Shown here in pieces: positions 11,861 through 25,005 of a stretch of DNA of 64,000 nucleotides. A program made the translations under genes and the position numbers. Position 1 is the first letter of the stretch. Every line of letters begins with the position of its first letter. The notes beneath the pieces were generated by a model. It was given only the letters and a program-made list of their open reading frames with translations. It was not told the origin of the DNA and searched no databases. This stretch comes from Chiloscyllium plagiosum (Eukaryota), in NCBI RefSeq assembly GCF_004010195.1, contig NC_057718.1:98903794-98967793 (forward strand), written 5' to 3'.

Positions 11861-14800
11861 TTTATAACAGGCCATCTGTGGTTAAGTTACAGTAGGTCAC
11901 GGCTCTCTGGGCTGCTCTGGACTGAGTGCTGACAGAGGTGGTAAAGAGAGGGGTCTCCTTTGCAAGCAAAGGTTGTTAGAGTATGGGGATAAGCCACATA
12001 GATACCTGGTTTACCTGGCTAGGAAGAAAAGTCCATTGTATCTATTTGGGAGAAAGCTGGTACAATCACCCGGGAGCTGAAAAAGACTAATGCTGGATTT
12101 TGGGAATTCTATGCAGAGTTATACCCAGTCGAGAGGGCTGTGAGGATGGAGAAGCGAGAATGGAATCCTTTTTTGAAAACCTGAACCTCCCCGGTATAAA
12201 CGCAGAGCAGGCCTCCCTTTTAAATGCAATCCTGACGATACAAGATATACAGGAGGCAGCTCCAAAGTGGCAAAGCACCTGGCCCAGATGGGTTTCTGAG
12301 TGAGCTTTACGAGGAGTTTATAAACATGTTAGCCACTTCTGGGGATGTATAGTCACTCGTATAGACAGAACTGCCTTCCACCTCCCCTCAGGGAAGCCAA
12401 TATCTCACTCATTTTAAAGATAGGGAGAGACTCTGAGGATTGTGCATCATACAGTATTATCTCGTTATTGAATGTAGTCTTCGAAATTTTATCAAAGGTG
12501 CTGTCTCTGAGGTTGGAAAAGCTACTGCCTATTATTATAAAAGAAGACCAGACAGGTTTTATCAAGGGCTGCAGCTCTTCCAATAATAGCAGGAGGGTAC
12601 TGAACATATTACAAGTATGTCAGTAGAGATTGATTCCGGGCTTGGTGGTCTCCCTAGATGTGGAAAAGGTGTTAGATCGGGTGGAGTGGTCATATCTTTT
12701 TGGTATTTTAGATCGTTTTGGTCGTGGGGGGCCTTCGCTCGGTGGATGGCAGTGTTATATAGTGACCCCAAGGCGGTGGTCATCACGAACAGTGTAAAAT
12801 CAGATAATTTCAGCATTGGGAGAGGCAGCCGACAGAGATGTCCTCTCTTGCCGCTGTTATTGGCTTTGGTAATTGAGCCGCTGGCAGACGCCATCTGGAA
12901 GGATCCTGAAATAGCGGCGCCTAAAGTAGGAATTGGAGAGCACAAAATTACTCTTTATGCGAATGATGTCCTTCTGTTTCTGGCTAACCTGGAAAAGTCC
13001 GTACCCCGGTTAACACAAAATATTAAATTATTCAGCAGCTTCACGGGATACAGGATAAATTTTACAAAGTGGGAAGAAATGCCTATGGGAGGATTGGTGG
13101 AAGTGCCTGAGTTGGAGAATGGAACGCAGTTTCCTTTTCAGAGGTCGCAAAATGTTTTTCTCTACTGGGAATTTTCATTACCCTATCTGTCATCAGCTGT
13201 ACAGAGCTAACTTTGTGCAGTTGTTGGATAGGATAAAGCCCTGATCAAAATGAATGTTCTTCCTTGGTTATTATACCCTATTAGGATGCTCCTGTTGTTG
13301 CTGCCCTAACAGGTGCTGCAGATGCTTATTAGCTGACTTGGGTCCTTTATTTGGTGCCACAGGCATCCCTAATTAAATGTACTAAGTTGCAACTCCCATA
13401 GCGTATGGGGGTGGATCTTCCAGATTTGAAGAGATACCAAATAGATGCCCTGTTGTCATATGTGGGTGACTGGGTCGTAAGGACTCGAGGTCGATATGGC
13501 TTGATGTCAAGGCTTCGCAGGCAAGGTGTCCCTTCGTTAATTTATTGTTTATGGACATGATGTGATCCTTGGCTGAGCACTGTGAGAGCCCAATTATCTT
13601 AAATGCAGTGAAAGGATGGAGAGTAATGCAACAGGGTGAGGGCAATTTGCTTAAGACCTTGCTGTTCACCCCATTAGTGGGAGCCCAAGGAATTAGACCG
13701 GGGTCAATGGACTCTGGCTTCAAAACATGGGAGGGTAAGGGAATCACCTGTTTGGGAGACTTATTTGAGGGAGAGGTCTTGATGTCTTTTAATCAGTTAA
13801 GTCAGTAATACAGGATACCTAGTTGGGACCTCTTCTGATGTTTTCAGGTGAGGGATTATATACAGAAGAAAACCATGTGCTTAGCTCAGCCTTACAAGTT
13901 GCACATAGAGAGAAGAGTGCTCTGATGTGGGGGCATTCTCTCGGTTAGTACCATATATCATTTGCAGAGAGGGAGCACCTTGGGAGATATGGAGAGACTC
14001 CATGGGATCTGGAATCAGGAATTAGGAGAAGAAATCTCATCGGAAACATGGGAGGAGATATAGGAGAATGTGAAGAAAATTTCAATATGTAATAAAGCAC
14101 AAGCGATGCAATTGAAGATCCTTCACAGAGCCCATATGGCACCGGAGAGGTTAGCAAAGTTTAAGCAAGGATCATCTCCAGGATGTTCCAAACATAAAAT
14201 TAGCACAGGCACCCTTCCACACTGCTTTTGGTCCTGCCACAAGATTCGGGGATACCGGGGTGCCAATGTGAACAAGCTAGAGAGAATCCTGGGAATTGAA
14301 GTTAAGGCAGACCCGGCATCCCTTCTTTTGGAACTGCCGAATCTGCCCTCTCTGGGTGACACAGGAAGAGGTTATTTAACATTCTTACACAGTGCCAGGA
14401 AGAATTGGATATAAGAAAAAAACCCAGGTCTTACGGGGAGCACGTCCACAAAAAGTATCTTACAAATATAGTGCACCATGGAACAGAGCAATTTTATAAA
14501 ATGAGGGGGCCCTTTCTAAGTTACACAGACATGGATCCATCAGCGATACTGATTAGGGCCTTTATACAGTCGTGAGGGCCAGGTTTGGCGGTCCCAGGAC
14601 TCTGGAGAGGGGAGGCTTAGTAAGTATGGGTATAATAATTGCTCCCGTTGAGGCGGAGGTGCGGTAAGGAGAGTAATGTGATGAAATCTAATTTAATTGT
14701 TATTTAATTTAATTTCATTTTATTTAATTTCCTCTTAATTTAACTCGAGCTAAGTTAAGTAACTATGAGATGATCGTACCCTGTAGAGTAGTGGGTAGTT

Positions 14801-15439
14801 CACTGTTAATACTGTTGTAATATAATGTTGTATTATCTCTATTCTTCTGTATCTTTGTATTTTTATAATACTTTTTGTTAAAGAGTATAAACTTTTTCAA
14901 CAAAAATATGAATAAATAAAAAACAAAAAAAGAGTTAGCAAGCTGCCAGCATTAAATAAAATTTGAAAGGCAACTCATCATTCGAGAGATTGGAAGAACC
15001 CTGAACTTGGACCCTTATGGAGTCATGTTGGTGGCAGTCATTTAAAATGTCAAGAATGTGATCCAGGGGAGGAGAAATGAAGCTGAGGAACGTCTAGATA
15101 TTTGTTGAGCCAGGAGGTGCTTGGGTCATTTATTTTGAGGACCCCCCACCGAAATGGGAGTCATTAGACAGGCACTGAAAATAGGACTCCAAGTGCTTCA
15201 TCGTGATTTTTAATGAGCTACCACTTTATTTCTGCCTGTCAATGGCAACATTGAGTGTCGTCCAAGTCATTGTGCATACTTAAGATCGAGCTAGATAAGT
15301 TCTTGATTAGTAAGGGATCAAGGGTTATGGGGAGAAGGCAGAGTATGGGGTTGTTAAACATATCAGCTATGATCAAATGGTGCAGCAGACTGGATGGACT
15401 GAAGAGCCTAATTCTGCTTATCTTATAACATTTAACCAT

Positions 15440-16735
15440 TTATAGCAAAAATTTAATCATTTCAGATTTAAAACTATTAACTGATCCAGTATTCACCGCC
15501 ATTTGTGGAAGAGTGTTCCAAACATCTATCACCCTTTATGTGTAGAAGTGTTTCTAATTTTTTTCCTGAGTGGTCTGGAATTCTCAAATTATGCCTCCCA
15601 GTTTTAGAATTCCCAACCAGTGGAAATAGTTTATCCTTATCTACCTTATCTTTTCCTATAAGTAGCTTGAAGAGTTGATCAGATCACCCCCTAACCTTCT
15701 AAGTTCTGGAGAAACCATCTAAATTTGTATAATCTCTCTTCATAACCCTAAAGTCCAGGTTTCAATTTGGTAAACCTATATTATACTCCTTCCAAGGCTA
15801 AGGTTTGATGCCCAGATCTGCTCACAGTACTCCAAGCAGAGTCTATCCAGGGTTTTGCATAACAGTAGCATAACCTCTATCCTTATACTCTAGTCCTCAA
15901 TATATTTTTTCTAAACTTTAAAGATCTAAACAGTCTGAATCCCCAAGTCTCTTTGGATATCCATTGTATTTATCTTCATACCATTAGAAAGTACCCTGAT
16001 CTATCCTTTTCTAGTCCAAAATTGATAACCTCACACTCACTTATATTGAACTTCATCTGCCACAGTTTTGCCCATTCACTTGGTCTATCAATATCCCTTT
16101 AGAATTTTATACGATCATCTACAATGTCTGTAATTCCATCTAACTTTGTGTCATCAGCAGATTTGGATGCATGACTTTCTATGCCATTATCCAAATCACT
16201 TAATAAATAATGAGTAACTGAGGCCCTAGCGCAGATCCTTGAAAGACACCACTGGTCACATCCTGCTAATTTGAGTATTTACACATTACTCCTACCTTTT
16301 ATCGCTTGCCTCTCACTCAATTTCCCAGCCATGTCAGTAACTTGCCCTCAATTCCGTGGGCTTCCACCTTATGTTACAGTCTCTTATATGGGACTTTATC
16401 AAACGCCTTCTACGAGTCCAAATAAACAACGTCCATAGACATTACCCTGTCCACTATCTTAATCACCTATTCAGAAAATTCACTGAGGTTTACCAGACAT
16501 GACCTACCTGTCATGAATCCATGCTGATTCTTCCTGGTTAAGTGGAAATTTTCTAGGTGTTCAGTTACCTCATCCTTGATTATAGCCTCCAACTATTTCC
16601 CCACCATAGATGTTAGTGTAATTGGTCTGTAATTCCCTGAGTTTTCCTCTTTCCCCATTTTTAAAAAGCGGAGTGATTTGAGAACTATTTTCCAATGCAG
16701 AGGGATGACCCTGTTTCTAGGGAACCCTGAAAGAT
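15440..16735 (-). mobile_element. Old CR1-like LINE RT fragment
   Basis: ENSGNYRPITLTSMVGK plus decayed RT sequence. Confidence 0.7.
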
Positions 16736-16739
16736 TATA

Positions 16740-16930
16740 AAAACCGAAAGAACTGTGGATGCTGTAAATCAGAAACAAAAATTGAAATTGCTGGAAAAGC
16801 TCAGCAGGTCTGACAGCGTCTGTGGAGAGAAATCAGAACTCACTCGACCCGAAATGTTAACTCTGATTTCTCTCCACAGATGCTGCCAGATCTGCTGAGC
16901 TTTTCTAGCACTTTCTGTTTTTGTTTCTCA
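16740..16930. repeat. Penelope-type inverted-repeat element (copies also at 52550-52790, 59600-59825, 60890-61010)
   Basis: gaaaagctcagcaggtctg...cagatctgctgagcttttc arms. Confidence 0.65.
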
Positions 16931-16964
16931 AAGATTATAGTCAGGTCATCTATAATGTGTTCCC

Positions 16965-18372
16965 CTAAAAGCCAGGGAACTATAGACCAGTGAGCCTGAT
17001 GTCGTTGGTGGGCAAGTTGTTGGAGGGAATCCTGAGGGACAGGATGTACATGTATTTGGAAAGGCAAGGTCTGGTTAGGGATAGTCAACCTGGCTTTGTG
17101 CGTGGGAAATCATGTCTCACAAACTTGATTAAGTCTTTTGAGGAAGTAACAAAGTGGATTGATGAGGGCAGAGTGGTGGACGTGATCTATATGGACTTCA
17201 GTAAGACGTTCAACAAGGTTCCCCATGGGAGACTGGTTAGCAAGGTTAGATCTCATGGAATACAGGGAGAACTAGCTATTTGGATACAGAACTGGGTCAA
17301 TCGTCGAAATCAGAGGGTGGTGGTGGAGGGGTTTTTCAGACTGGAGGCCTGTGACCACTGGAGTGCCACATGGATCGGTGCTAGGTCCACTACTTTTTGT
17401 CAATTATATAAATGATTTAGATGTGAGCATAAGAGGTACAGTTAGTAAGTTTGCAGATGACACCAAAATTGGAGGAGTAATGGACAGGCTACTGTCAGAT
17501 TACAAGGGGATCTTGATCAGACCTCAGATTACAACCAGATCTTGATCAGATGGGCCAATGGGCTGAGAAGTGGCAGATGGAGTTTAATTTACATAAATGC
17601 AAGGTGCTACATTTTGGGAAAGCAAATCTTAGCAGGACTTATACACTTAATAGTAAGGTCCAAGGGAGTATTGCTGAACAAAAAGACCATGGAGTGCAGG
17701 TTCACAGCTCCTTGAAAGTGGAGTCGCAGGTAAATAGAATAGTGAAGAAGGTGTTTGGTATGTTTTCCTTTATTGGTCAGAGTATTGAGTATAGGAGTTG
17801 GGAAGTCATGTTGCGGCTGTACAGGACATTGGTTAGGTCACTTTTGGAATATCACGTGCAATATCGGAAGGATATTGTGAAACTTGAAAGGGTTCAGAAA
17901 AGATTTACAAGGAAGTTACCAGGGTTGAGGGATTTGAGCAATAGGGAGAGGTTGAATAGGCTGGAGCTGTTTTCCCTGGAGCTGAGGGGTGACCTTATAG
18001 AGGTTTATAAAATCATGAGGGGCATGGATAGGATAAATAGACAAAGTCTTTTCCCTGGAGTGAGGGAGTCCAGAACATGAGGCCATAGGTTTAGGGTGAG
18101 AGGGGAAAGATATAAAAGACACCTAAGAGGAAACTTTTTCCACATAGAGGGTGGTAAGTGTGTGGAATGGGCTGCCAGAGGAAGTGGTGGAGGTTGGCAC
18201 AATTGCAACATTTAAAAGGCATCTGGATGGCTATTTGAATAGGAAGGGTTTGGAGGGATATGGGGAGGGTGCTGGCAGGTGGGACTAGATTGGGTTGGGA
18301 TATCTGGTTGGCATGGATGAGTTGGACCGAAGGGTCTGTTTCCGTGCTATACATCTCTATAACTCAATGATT
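16965..18372 (+). mobile_element. 5'-truncated CR1 LINE
   Basis: RT ORFs 16990-18080 (FADDTKIGG) and 3' tail. Confidence 0.92.
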
Positions 18373-18489
18373 CTACTTCCTTTAACATCCTCAGATTGAA
18401 ATTGTCACTCTTCAATTTCCTCATTACTGATGTTTTACCTGTGTGAATTTCATTCAGTCCCTATTCCTGTTCAATTATTCATTTCCTCA

Positions 18490-20965
18490 GGACTTCCTCA
18501 GGCTAGCAAAGATGATCCTCAATAGGACTGACAGTAACAGAGTAATTGCTATGGGTGCTTCAACATTCCAAATATTGACTGGGAATACTATAGTTCAAGT
18601 ACTTCAGATGGGTCAGTTTTTGTCCATTATGTGCAGGATGGTTTTCTGACACAGTATATAGAAAGACCAACAAGGAGTGAGGCCACATTAGATTTGGTAC
18701 TGGGTAATGAACCCAGCCTGGTGTTATATTTGGAGGTAGGTGAGCACTTTGGTGATAGGGACCACAATTCAGTCATGTTTACCTTAGCGATGGAAAGGGA
18801 TAGGTATACACGAAGGGCAAGAGCTACAGGTGGGGCAAAAGGTAATTATGATGCGATTAGACAAGATTTAGAATGCATAGGATAGGGAAGGAAACTGCAG
18901 GGGGTGGGCACAATAGAAATGTGGAGCTTACTCAAGGAACAGCTTGGGTAGGTCATGCCTCACAATCCTTATCGAGTTCTTTGAGAAGGTGACCAAACAG
19001 GTGGATGTGTGTCCTTGCTAAGTATGTATCTGTCAGACAGGGAGGAAGTTGTCGAGCACAGGAGCTGTGGTTTACTAAGGAAGTTCAATCTCTTGTCAAG
19101 AGGAAGAAGAAGGCTTATGTCAAGATGAGATGTGAAGACTCAAGTTAGGGTGATTCAGAGTTACAAGGTAGCCAAGAAAGACCTAAAGAGAGAGATAAGA
19201 CAAGCGAGGAGGGGATATGAGAGGTTGTTGGCAGATAGGAGCAGGGAAAACCCTAAAGCTTTCTATGGGTATATAAGGGATAAAAGAGTGACTAGAGTAA
19301 GATTAGGGCCAATCAAGGCCAGTAGTAGGATGTTGTGCATGGAATCAGAGGAGATACAGGAAGCACTGAATGAATATTTTTCATCAGTATCCACCCTGGA
19401 AAAAGACAATTATGAAAAGGAAAATTTTGAAAAACAGGCTACTAGACTAGATGGGATTGAGGTTCACAAGGAGAAGGTGTTAGAAGTTCTGGAAAGTGTG
19501 AAATTAGATAAATCCCCTGGGCCGGATGGGATTTATCCTAGGATTCTCTGGGATGCTAGGGTGGAAATTACTGAGACTTGGGCTTTGATCATTATGTCAT
19601 CATTGTCTACAGGAATAGTACCAGAAGACTGGAGGATAGCAAATATTGTTTCCTTGCTCAAGAAGGGGAGTAGAGACAACCTTGGTAATTATAGACCAGT
19701 GAGCCTTACTTCAGTTGTGAGTGAAGTGTTAGAAACGTTTATAAGAGATAGGATTTATAATCATCTCAAAAGGAATAAGTTGATTAGAGATAGTCAACAT
19801 GGTCTTATGAAGGGTAGATCGTGTCTCAGAAACCTTATTGAGTTCTTTGAGAGGGTGACCAAACTGATAAAGCCGACAATCTGGTGTATATGGATTTCAG
19901 TAAAGCATTTCCCATGGTAGTCTACTGCACAAAATATGGAGACATGGGATTGAGGGTGATTTAGCGGTTTGGATCAGAAATTGGCTAGCTGAAAGAAGAC
20001 CGAGGATGGTGGTTGATAGGAAATATTCATGCTGAAGTTCAGTTACTAGTCATGCACTGCAAGGACCTGTTTTGGGTCCACTGCTGTTTGTCATTTTTAT
20101 AAACAATCTGGATGGGAGTGTGGAAGGGTGGGTCAGTAAATTTGCGGATGACACTATGGTCAGTACAGTTGTGGACAGTGCCAAAGGATATTGTAGGTTG
20201 CGGAAGAACATAGATAAGCTGCTGAGCTGGGCTGAGAGGTGGCAAATGGAGTTTAATACAGAAAAGTGTGAGGTGATTCACTTTGGAAGGAGTAACAGGA
20301 ATGCAGAGTACTGGGTGAATGGTAAGATTCTTGGTAGTGTAGATGAGCAGTTGATAGAGCTGTTAAGAAAGCATACGTGTGCGAGCTTTTATTGGTAGAG
20401 GGATTGAGTTTCGGAGTCATGAGGTCATTCTGCAGCTGTGGCCGACTTGGAGTATTGCGTACAGTTCTGGTCACCGTATTATAGGAAGGATGTGGAAGCT
20501 TTGGAAAGGGTTCGGAGGAGATTTACTAGGATGTTCCCTGGTTTGGAGGGAAGGTCTTACGAGGAAAGGTTGAGGGACTTTAGGCTGTTTTTATTAGAGA
20601 AGAAGTTTGAGAGGTGATATAACTGAGACACATAAGATAATCAGAGGGTAAGATTGGGTGGACAGTGAGAGCCTTTTTCCTTGAATGGTGATGACTAGCC
20701 CGAGGGGCATAGCTTCAAATTCAGGGGTGATAGATATAGGGCAGATGTTGGAGGTACTTTCTTTACTCAGAGAGTAGTAGGGGCATGGAATGCACTGCCT
20801 GCAACAGTAGTAGAGTAGCCAACATTATGAGCATTTAAATGGTCATTGGATAGGCATATGGATGAGAATGGAATAGTGTAGATCAGATGGGCTTCAGATT
20901 GGTTTCACAGGGCAGCGCAACATTGAGAGCTGAAGGGCCTGTCCTGTGCTGTAATGTTCTATGTT
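18490..20965 (+). mobile_element. CR1 LINE of a second subfamily, decayed ORF2
   Basis: LDLVLGNE, KSPGPDGIYPRIL, NYRPVSLTS, FADDT; tail tgttctatgttct. Confidence 0.9.
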
Positions 20966-23900
20966 CTGGCAAGCTATCCTCTTTTTCTACTGTAAATACT
21001 GAGGCAAAGTAATTATTTAATGTATCTGCTAATTCTTTATAGTCATTGATAATATCCCCACTTTCAGTGTTCAGTGGGCCAACACTGCTCCTGACCACCT
21101 GTTATCCTTTATGTAACTATAAAATTTCTTCTAATTGATGTTGATGTCCCTGGCAAATTTCCTTTCATAATCGCTTTTAGTAGCTCTTCTAAGTTGCTTT
21201 GTGGCCCTTATATCTTTTCCATTCAGCAGGATCTGTGCTGAATAACATCAGAAAAGTATAAAAGTTGCCTGTGCTTTTTTTATAAGATCAGTGAATTTAC
21301 TTTATAACATTCTAAACAACCAAAACAAAAACTCAGGAATGTATATATCCTGAACTAGTCATGAATTTCACACTTAAACTCTCATCAGTGTGACTACAAG
21401 CTTACCCAAGTGGAAGTACGATTGATGAATATTAGAAGAGCATAGCTTATCACTGTTATGTCCCAATCCTGTCTGTAGTTTGTGTAGGAGGACTAAATTT
21501 TGGGTTATTGTATAGCAGTAAGGTGCATGATTGGGTTGGAGTTTCCCTTAGAAGTGTTGATTCCAACTTTTGCGCCCCACTGACCCAAGGCTGTGAAGTT
21601 AATTCAGCATTGACAGAAGGTCAAAACTGGGGCATTTCTGAACTATATGGCTCAGCTTCCATTCTGTAAACTCACTGAGTCACTTGGGTGCTATATGTTC
21701 TCAAGCATTTCAACACAAGTTTGAGAATAATTTTGACAATTCACAGCGTTCACATTTAAAAAACAACTCCAGGTCTGATGGCAGGAAGTCATTTCTGACA
21801 TTAGTTAAAATCTCATAAAACTCATAAGTCACTGAGGCAGTTAGTCAAACGTTTATGGATGTTCAAACGGGTGCACAAAGAGTTCCGAACATGCTCATTC
21901 TCTAAACAAACAGTGTCTGATGACAGGAAGTCATTTACAAAGCTTGCTTAAAACACGATGAAGTGTTTTGAAGTTAATGGGCTGGTAAGTCAGTGTTTGT
22001 AGATACATACAGGCCCCAGCATGCCCATTTGCAAAAGTAACTCACCGCCTGACCGATTAATCACTTATGAAGTCTGGTTAAAAGTCTGACGAAGCATTTT
22101 AACTGATTGCTATGACCAGTTAGCACGAAAGTACCATAGCCTATGTACCCTAAAGGAATGGCAAGTACACACATGAACATATTATTTGGACAAGAATTAT
22201 GCTCTTTAAGATTTGTCAGCTTATTTACTCTCATGTATCGAACACAAATTACAAGATAACTCTTTGCTACGAATCTCATTCTTATGTTCTGTCAAACAGG
22301 AAATCTTCTGGATTAGCATGCAACAATTTTTGTACTTCAGCCACCAATTACTCACACTCAACCCTGTTCCCACACTTTGTCTAAAGTTCATTAAAACTTG
22401 TACCACATAAATCATTTCGACTTTTTTTTTGGACTGCAGCCCTCCTGTGTTATACAAAACAAAACTTAACAAAATGTGGTTGTTATGTAGCAGACAGAAA
22501 CAAACCCAATAGGATTAGGCATTTTTAATAGCAGCAGAGACTTGTGAAACATACAGCATGTCGGAACACATTTAAAGAGACGAAAGAGGTGACACAGTAC
22601 AAGAGATTTTGTTTTCATGCAGCATTTCTGGAATGTGTAAACTGTAAAATAGTGAGCATCATAAATATAAATTCTTTGATTTTTCTGATTCAAACTTTTT
22701 GACACAAAAGTTTATTGCAGAAAAATAAATCCACTGGAGAAAATGGTTTTATTCCCTACACAGATGTACTCTCAAAACTGGCTGTTGAAAACCTGAAAAT
22801 GTCCAAAAAACTGGGTGCTTCCGAATGTGCCATGCACTTTTTTTTTAAATGTACTCCATTAAAATTAATTTATCTGGACAATTCAACAAGGAACAGCATG
22901 GCTCCAGACTCCATTTCTGTTTTGCTATTTGCGCACTGGCATATGCCCATTACTTCCAGTGGCCCCTGACCCCATCTGACCAAATTTGCCGGATCCACCC
23001 ACTGACCCACGACCTAGTAAAATCCAAAATTCAGCATAGTTGCATTCTCGGTTCTGTTGGTTTTGAGGTAGGTACTGTATCTACGTGGACACATTCAGAA
23101 ACAAGATCACACACATTTGATTACTTTCAAGCAATTTTATTGTGTTTAAAGTGACTAAGAGAGCTGAAGAAAAACTGGCTCAAAATCTTTTGAATTGGAG
23201 ATGATTTATTTTTAAATGTTCCCACACTTTTCTGCAGCAATATATTTTTCATTGCACAGCATTTTCTCACAAGCAGGACAGTGTGGACTTCACACACAAT
23301 CACTTTGTGAGAATCACCCAAAACTGTCACAGCAAGGCTTTCAGATATGATGCGATTTATACAAAATGCAAGAAGTTTAAACATATGGGAAATATTAATG
23401 GATACAATGATCCAGTTTTCAAACAGGTGGTAGATTTGGGAAACAACTTCCTCTCAGAGTTATTGTTGCTCACCAAATGGAATGATCATGCAATGTTGTT
23501 CCAAGTTTCTGTGTGCTCCAAGCAACTTTCATGAAATTGGTCTCTTCCATTCTGGACTGCCAGAATTGAAAGAAAATATTGGAGCTTCAAATAAATCCTG
23601 CCATTTTGGACTTGATATAGGAAGGCCAAGAACATTCAGAGCTGGTGTCTTGGAGCAGCAGGTAAAATAAAGCTCACATACCATATAAGAATATTAAAAT
23701 AAAGGTGATACAACAGCGATGAGGGACTTCAGTTACACGGAAGAATTAGAGAAGCTAATTTAATGGAGCTGTTTAAAATTATACGGCATTTTAAAGCAAT
23801 AAATAGGGACAAACTGTTTCTACGGCAGATGGATTTCTAGCCAGAGGACAGAGATATCAGATAAAGGAACCAGACAGGAGATCAACAGAATTAGTTTTAC

Positions 23901-24471
23901 ACAATGAGTTCTAACCCAAGAATGCACCCCTGGAAATTACAGTACAAGCAGACTCATGACTAACTTAAAAAAACCCAAAATAAATCGGATTAAAAGGAAA
24001 TACTTGGAGACTATGGTGAATCAGCGAAATAGAGGGCCTAATTGAGCAGCCCTTTCAAAAATGTCAGCAGAAACCCTATGGGGTGAATGATTTCCTTTTG
24101 TGCTATGTGCTGCTAATTGATGTGCTTGTCACTATTATTACAATCATTAAGTGATTGCGATTGTTGGGGAAAACAATCTCATCCCTAAGACGTAGGAAGA
24201 GCTCCTTAAGGTAGTGTCCTCGGCTCAACAGTCTTCAGATTCTTCATCAATTACCATCTCTCCATCATATGGTCAGAAATGAGGATGTTCTAGTTCCCAC
24301 ATTTTAGTTCACCCTACGAGTTGCCTTCCAATTCATGTAATACCATGTCTAGGAACTGTATTTCTGTTCCTTCACTGTTGCTGGGTCAGAATTCTGGAAC
24401 TTCCTCCCCAGCAGCACGGTGGGTGTCTATACACCAGACTGACAGCAGAAACTCATCACCACCATCTAGGT

Positions 24472-25005
24472 TCCGGTCCTCAGCGGTTTCGATGGACCCC
24501 TGGCCCTCAGCAGTTTTGAAGGGCCCCTGGGCCTTGGTGGCTTCAACAGGCCCCTGGTCTTTGGCGGTTTCGGCAAGTCTCCAGTCCTTGGCAGTTTCAA
24601 TCGCCCTGGTCCTCAGATGTTTTGTCAGGACCCGGTCCTCAACAGCTTTGACAGGCCCCAGGTCCTCAGCAGTTAGACAGGATCCGGTCCTCGGCAGTTG
24701 GACAGGGTGCGGTCCTCGGCAGTTGGACAGGGTTCGGTCCTCGGCAGTTGGACAGGATCCGGTCCTCGGCAGTTAGACAGGAACCGGTCCTCGGCAGTTG
24801 GACAGGGTTCAGTCCTCGGCAGTTGGACAGGATCCATGCCTCGGCAGTTAGACAGGATCCAGTCCTCAGCAATCGGGCAGGATCCAGTCCTCAACAGTTA
24901 GACAGGATCCAGTGCTCAGCAGTTGAACAGGATCCAGTCCTCAGCAATTAGACAGGATTTAGTCCTCAGCAATTAGACAGGATCTAGTCCTCGGTAGTGG
25001 CCGGT
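24472..25005. repeat. Minisatellite, about 20 units, 25-bp core CAGTTRGACAGGATCCGGTCCTCGG
   Basis: AGTTRGACAG recurs every 25 bp (e.g. 24671, 24696, 24721, 24746, 24771); left-hand units are more diverged and 26-27 bp. Confidence 0.95.

Larger units (their letters stand above)
6900..14930 (+). mobile_element. L1-clade LINE with both ends, internally deleted and decayed, interrupted by a CR1
   Basis: 5' GGGAGATCCAAGATGGCGG (YY1-type site); ORF1 remnants at ~7080-7837; ORF2 RT remnants (GSRQRCPLLPLLLALVIEPLA, LYAND) and a C-terminal C..HCFWSC motif; A-rich tail. TSD AGAGTCAGCAAG (6888-6899) / AGAGTTAGCAAG (14931-14942). Confidence 0.85.

Noticed and set aside
7868..11998. ATAAGCCACA at 7868 and 11989 as the CR1 TSD
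   Set aside because: The second copy lies about 130 bp inside L1 ORF2 sequence, not at the CR1 boundary.
24472..25005. CRISPR-like array or repetitive protein (ORFs 24321-24951)
   Set aside because: Units are contiguous with no unique spacers, the context is eukaryotic, and the ORFs are by-products of a stop-poor repeat.
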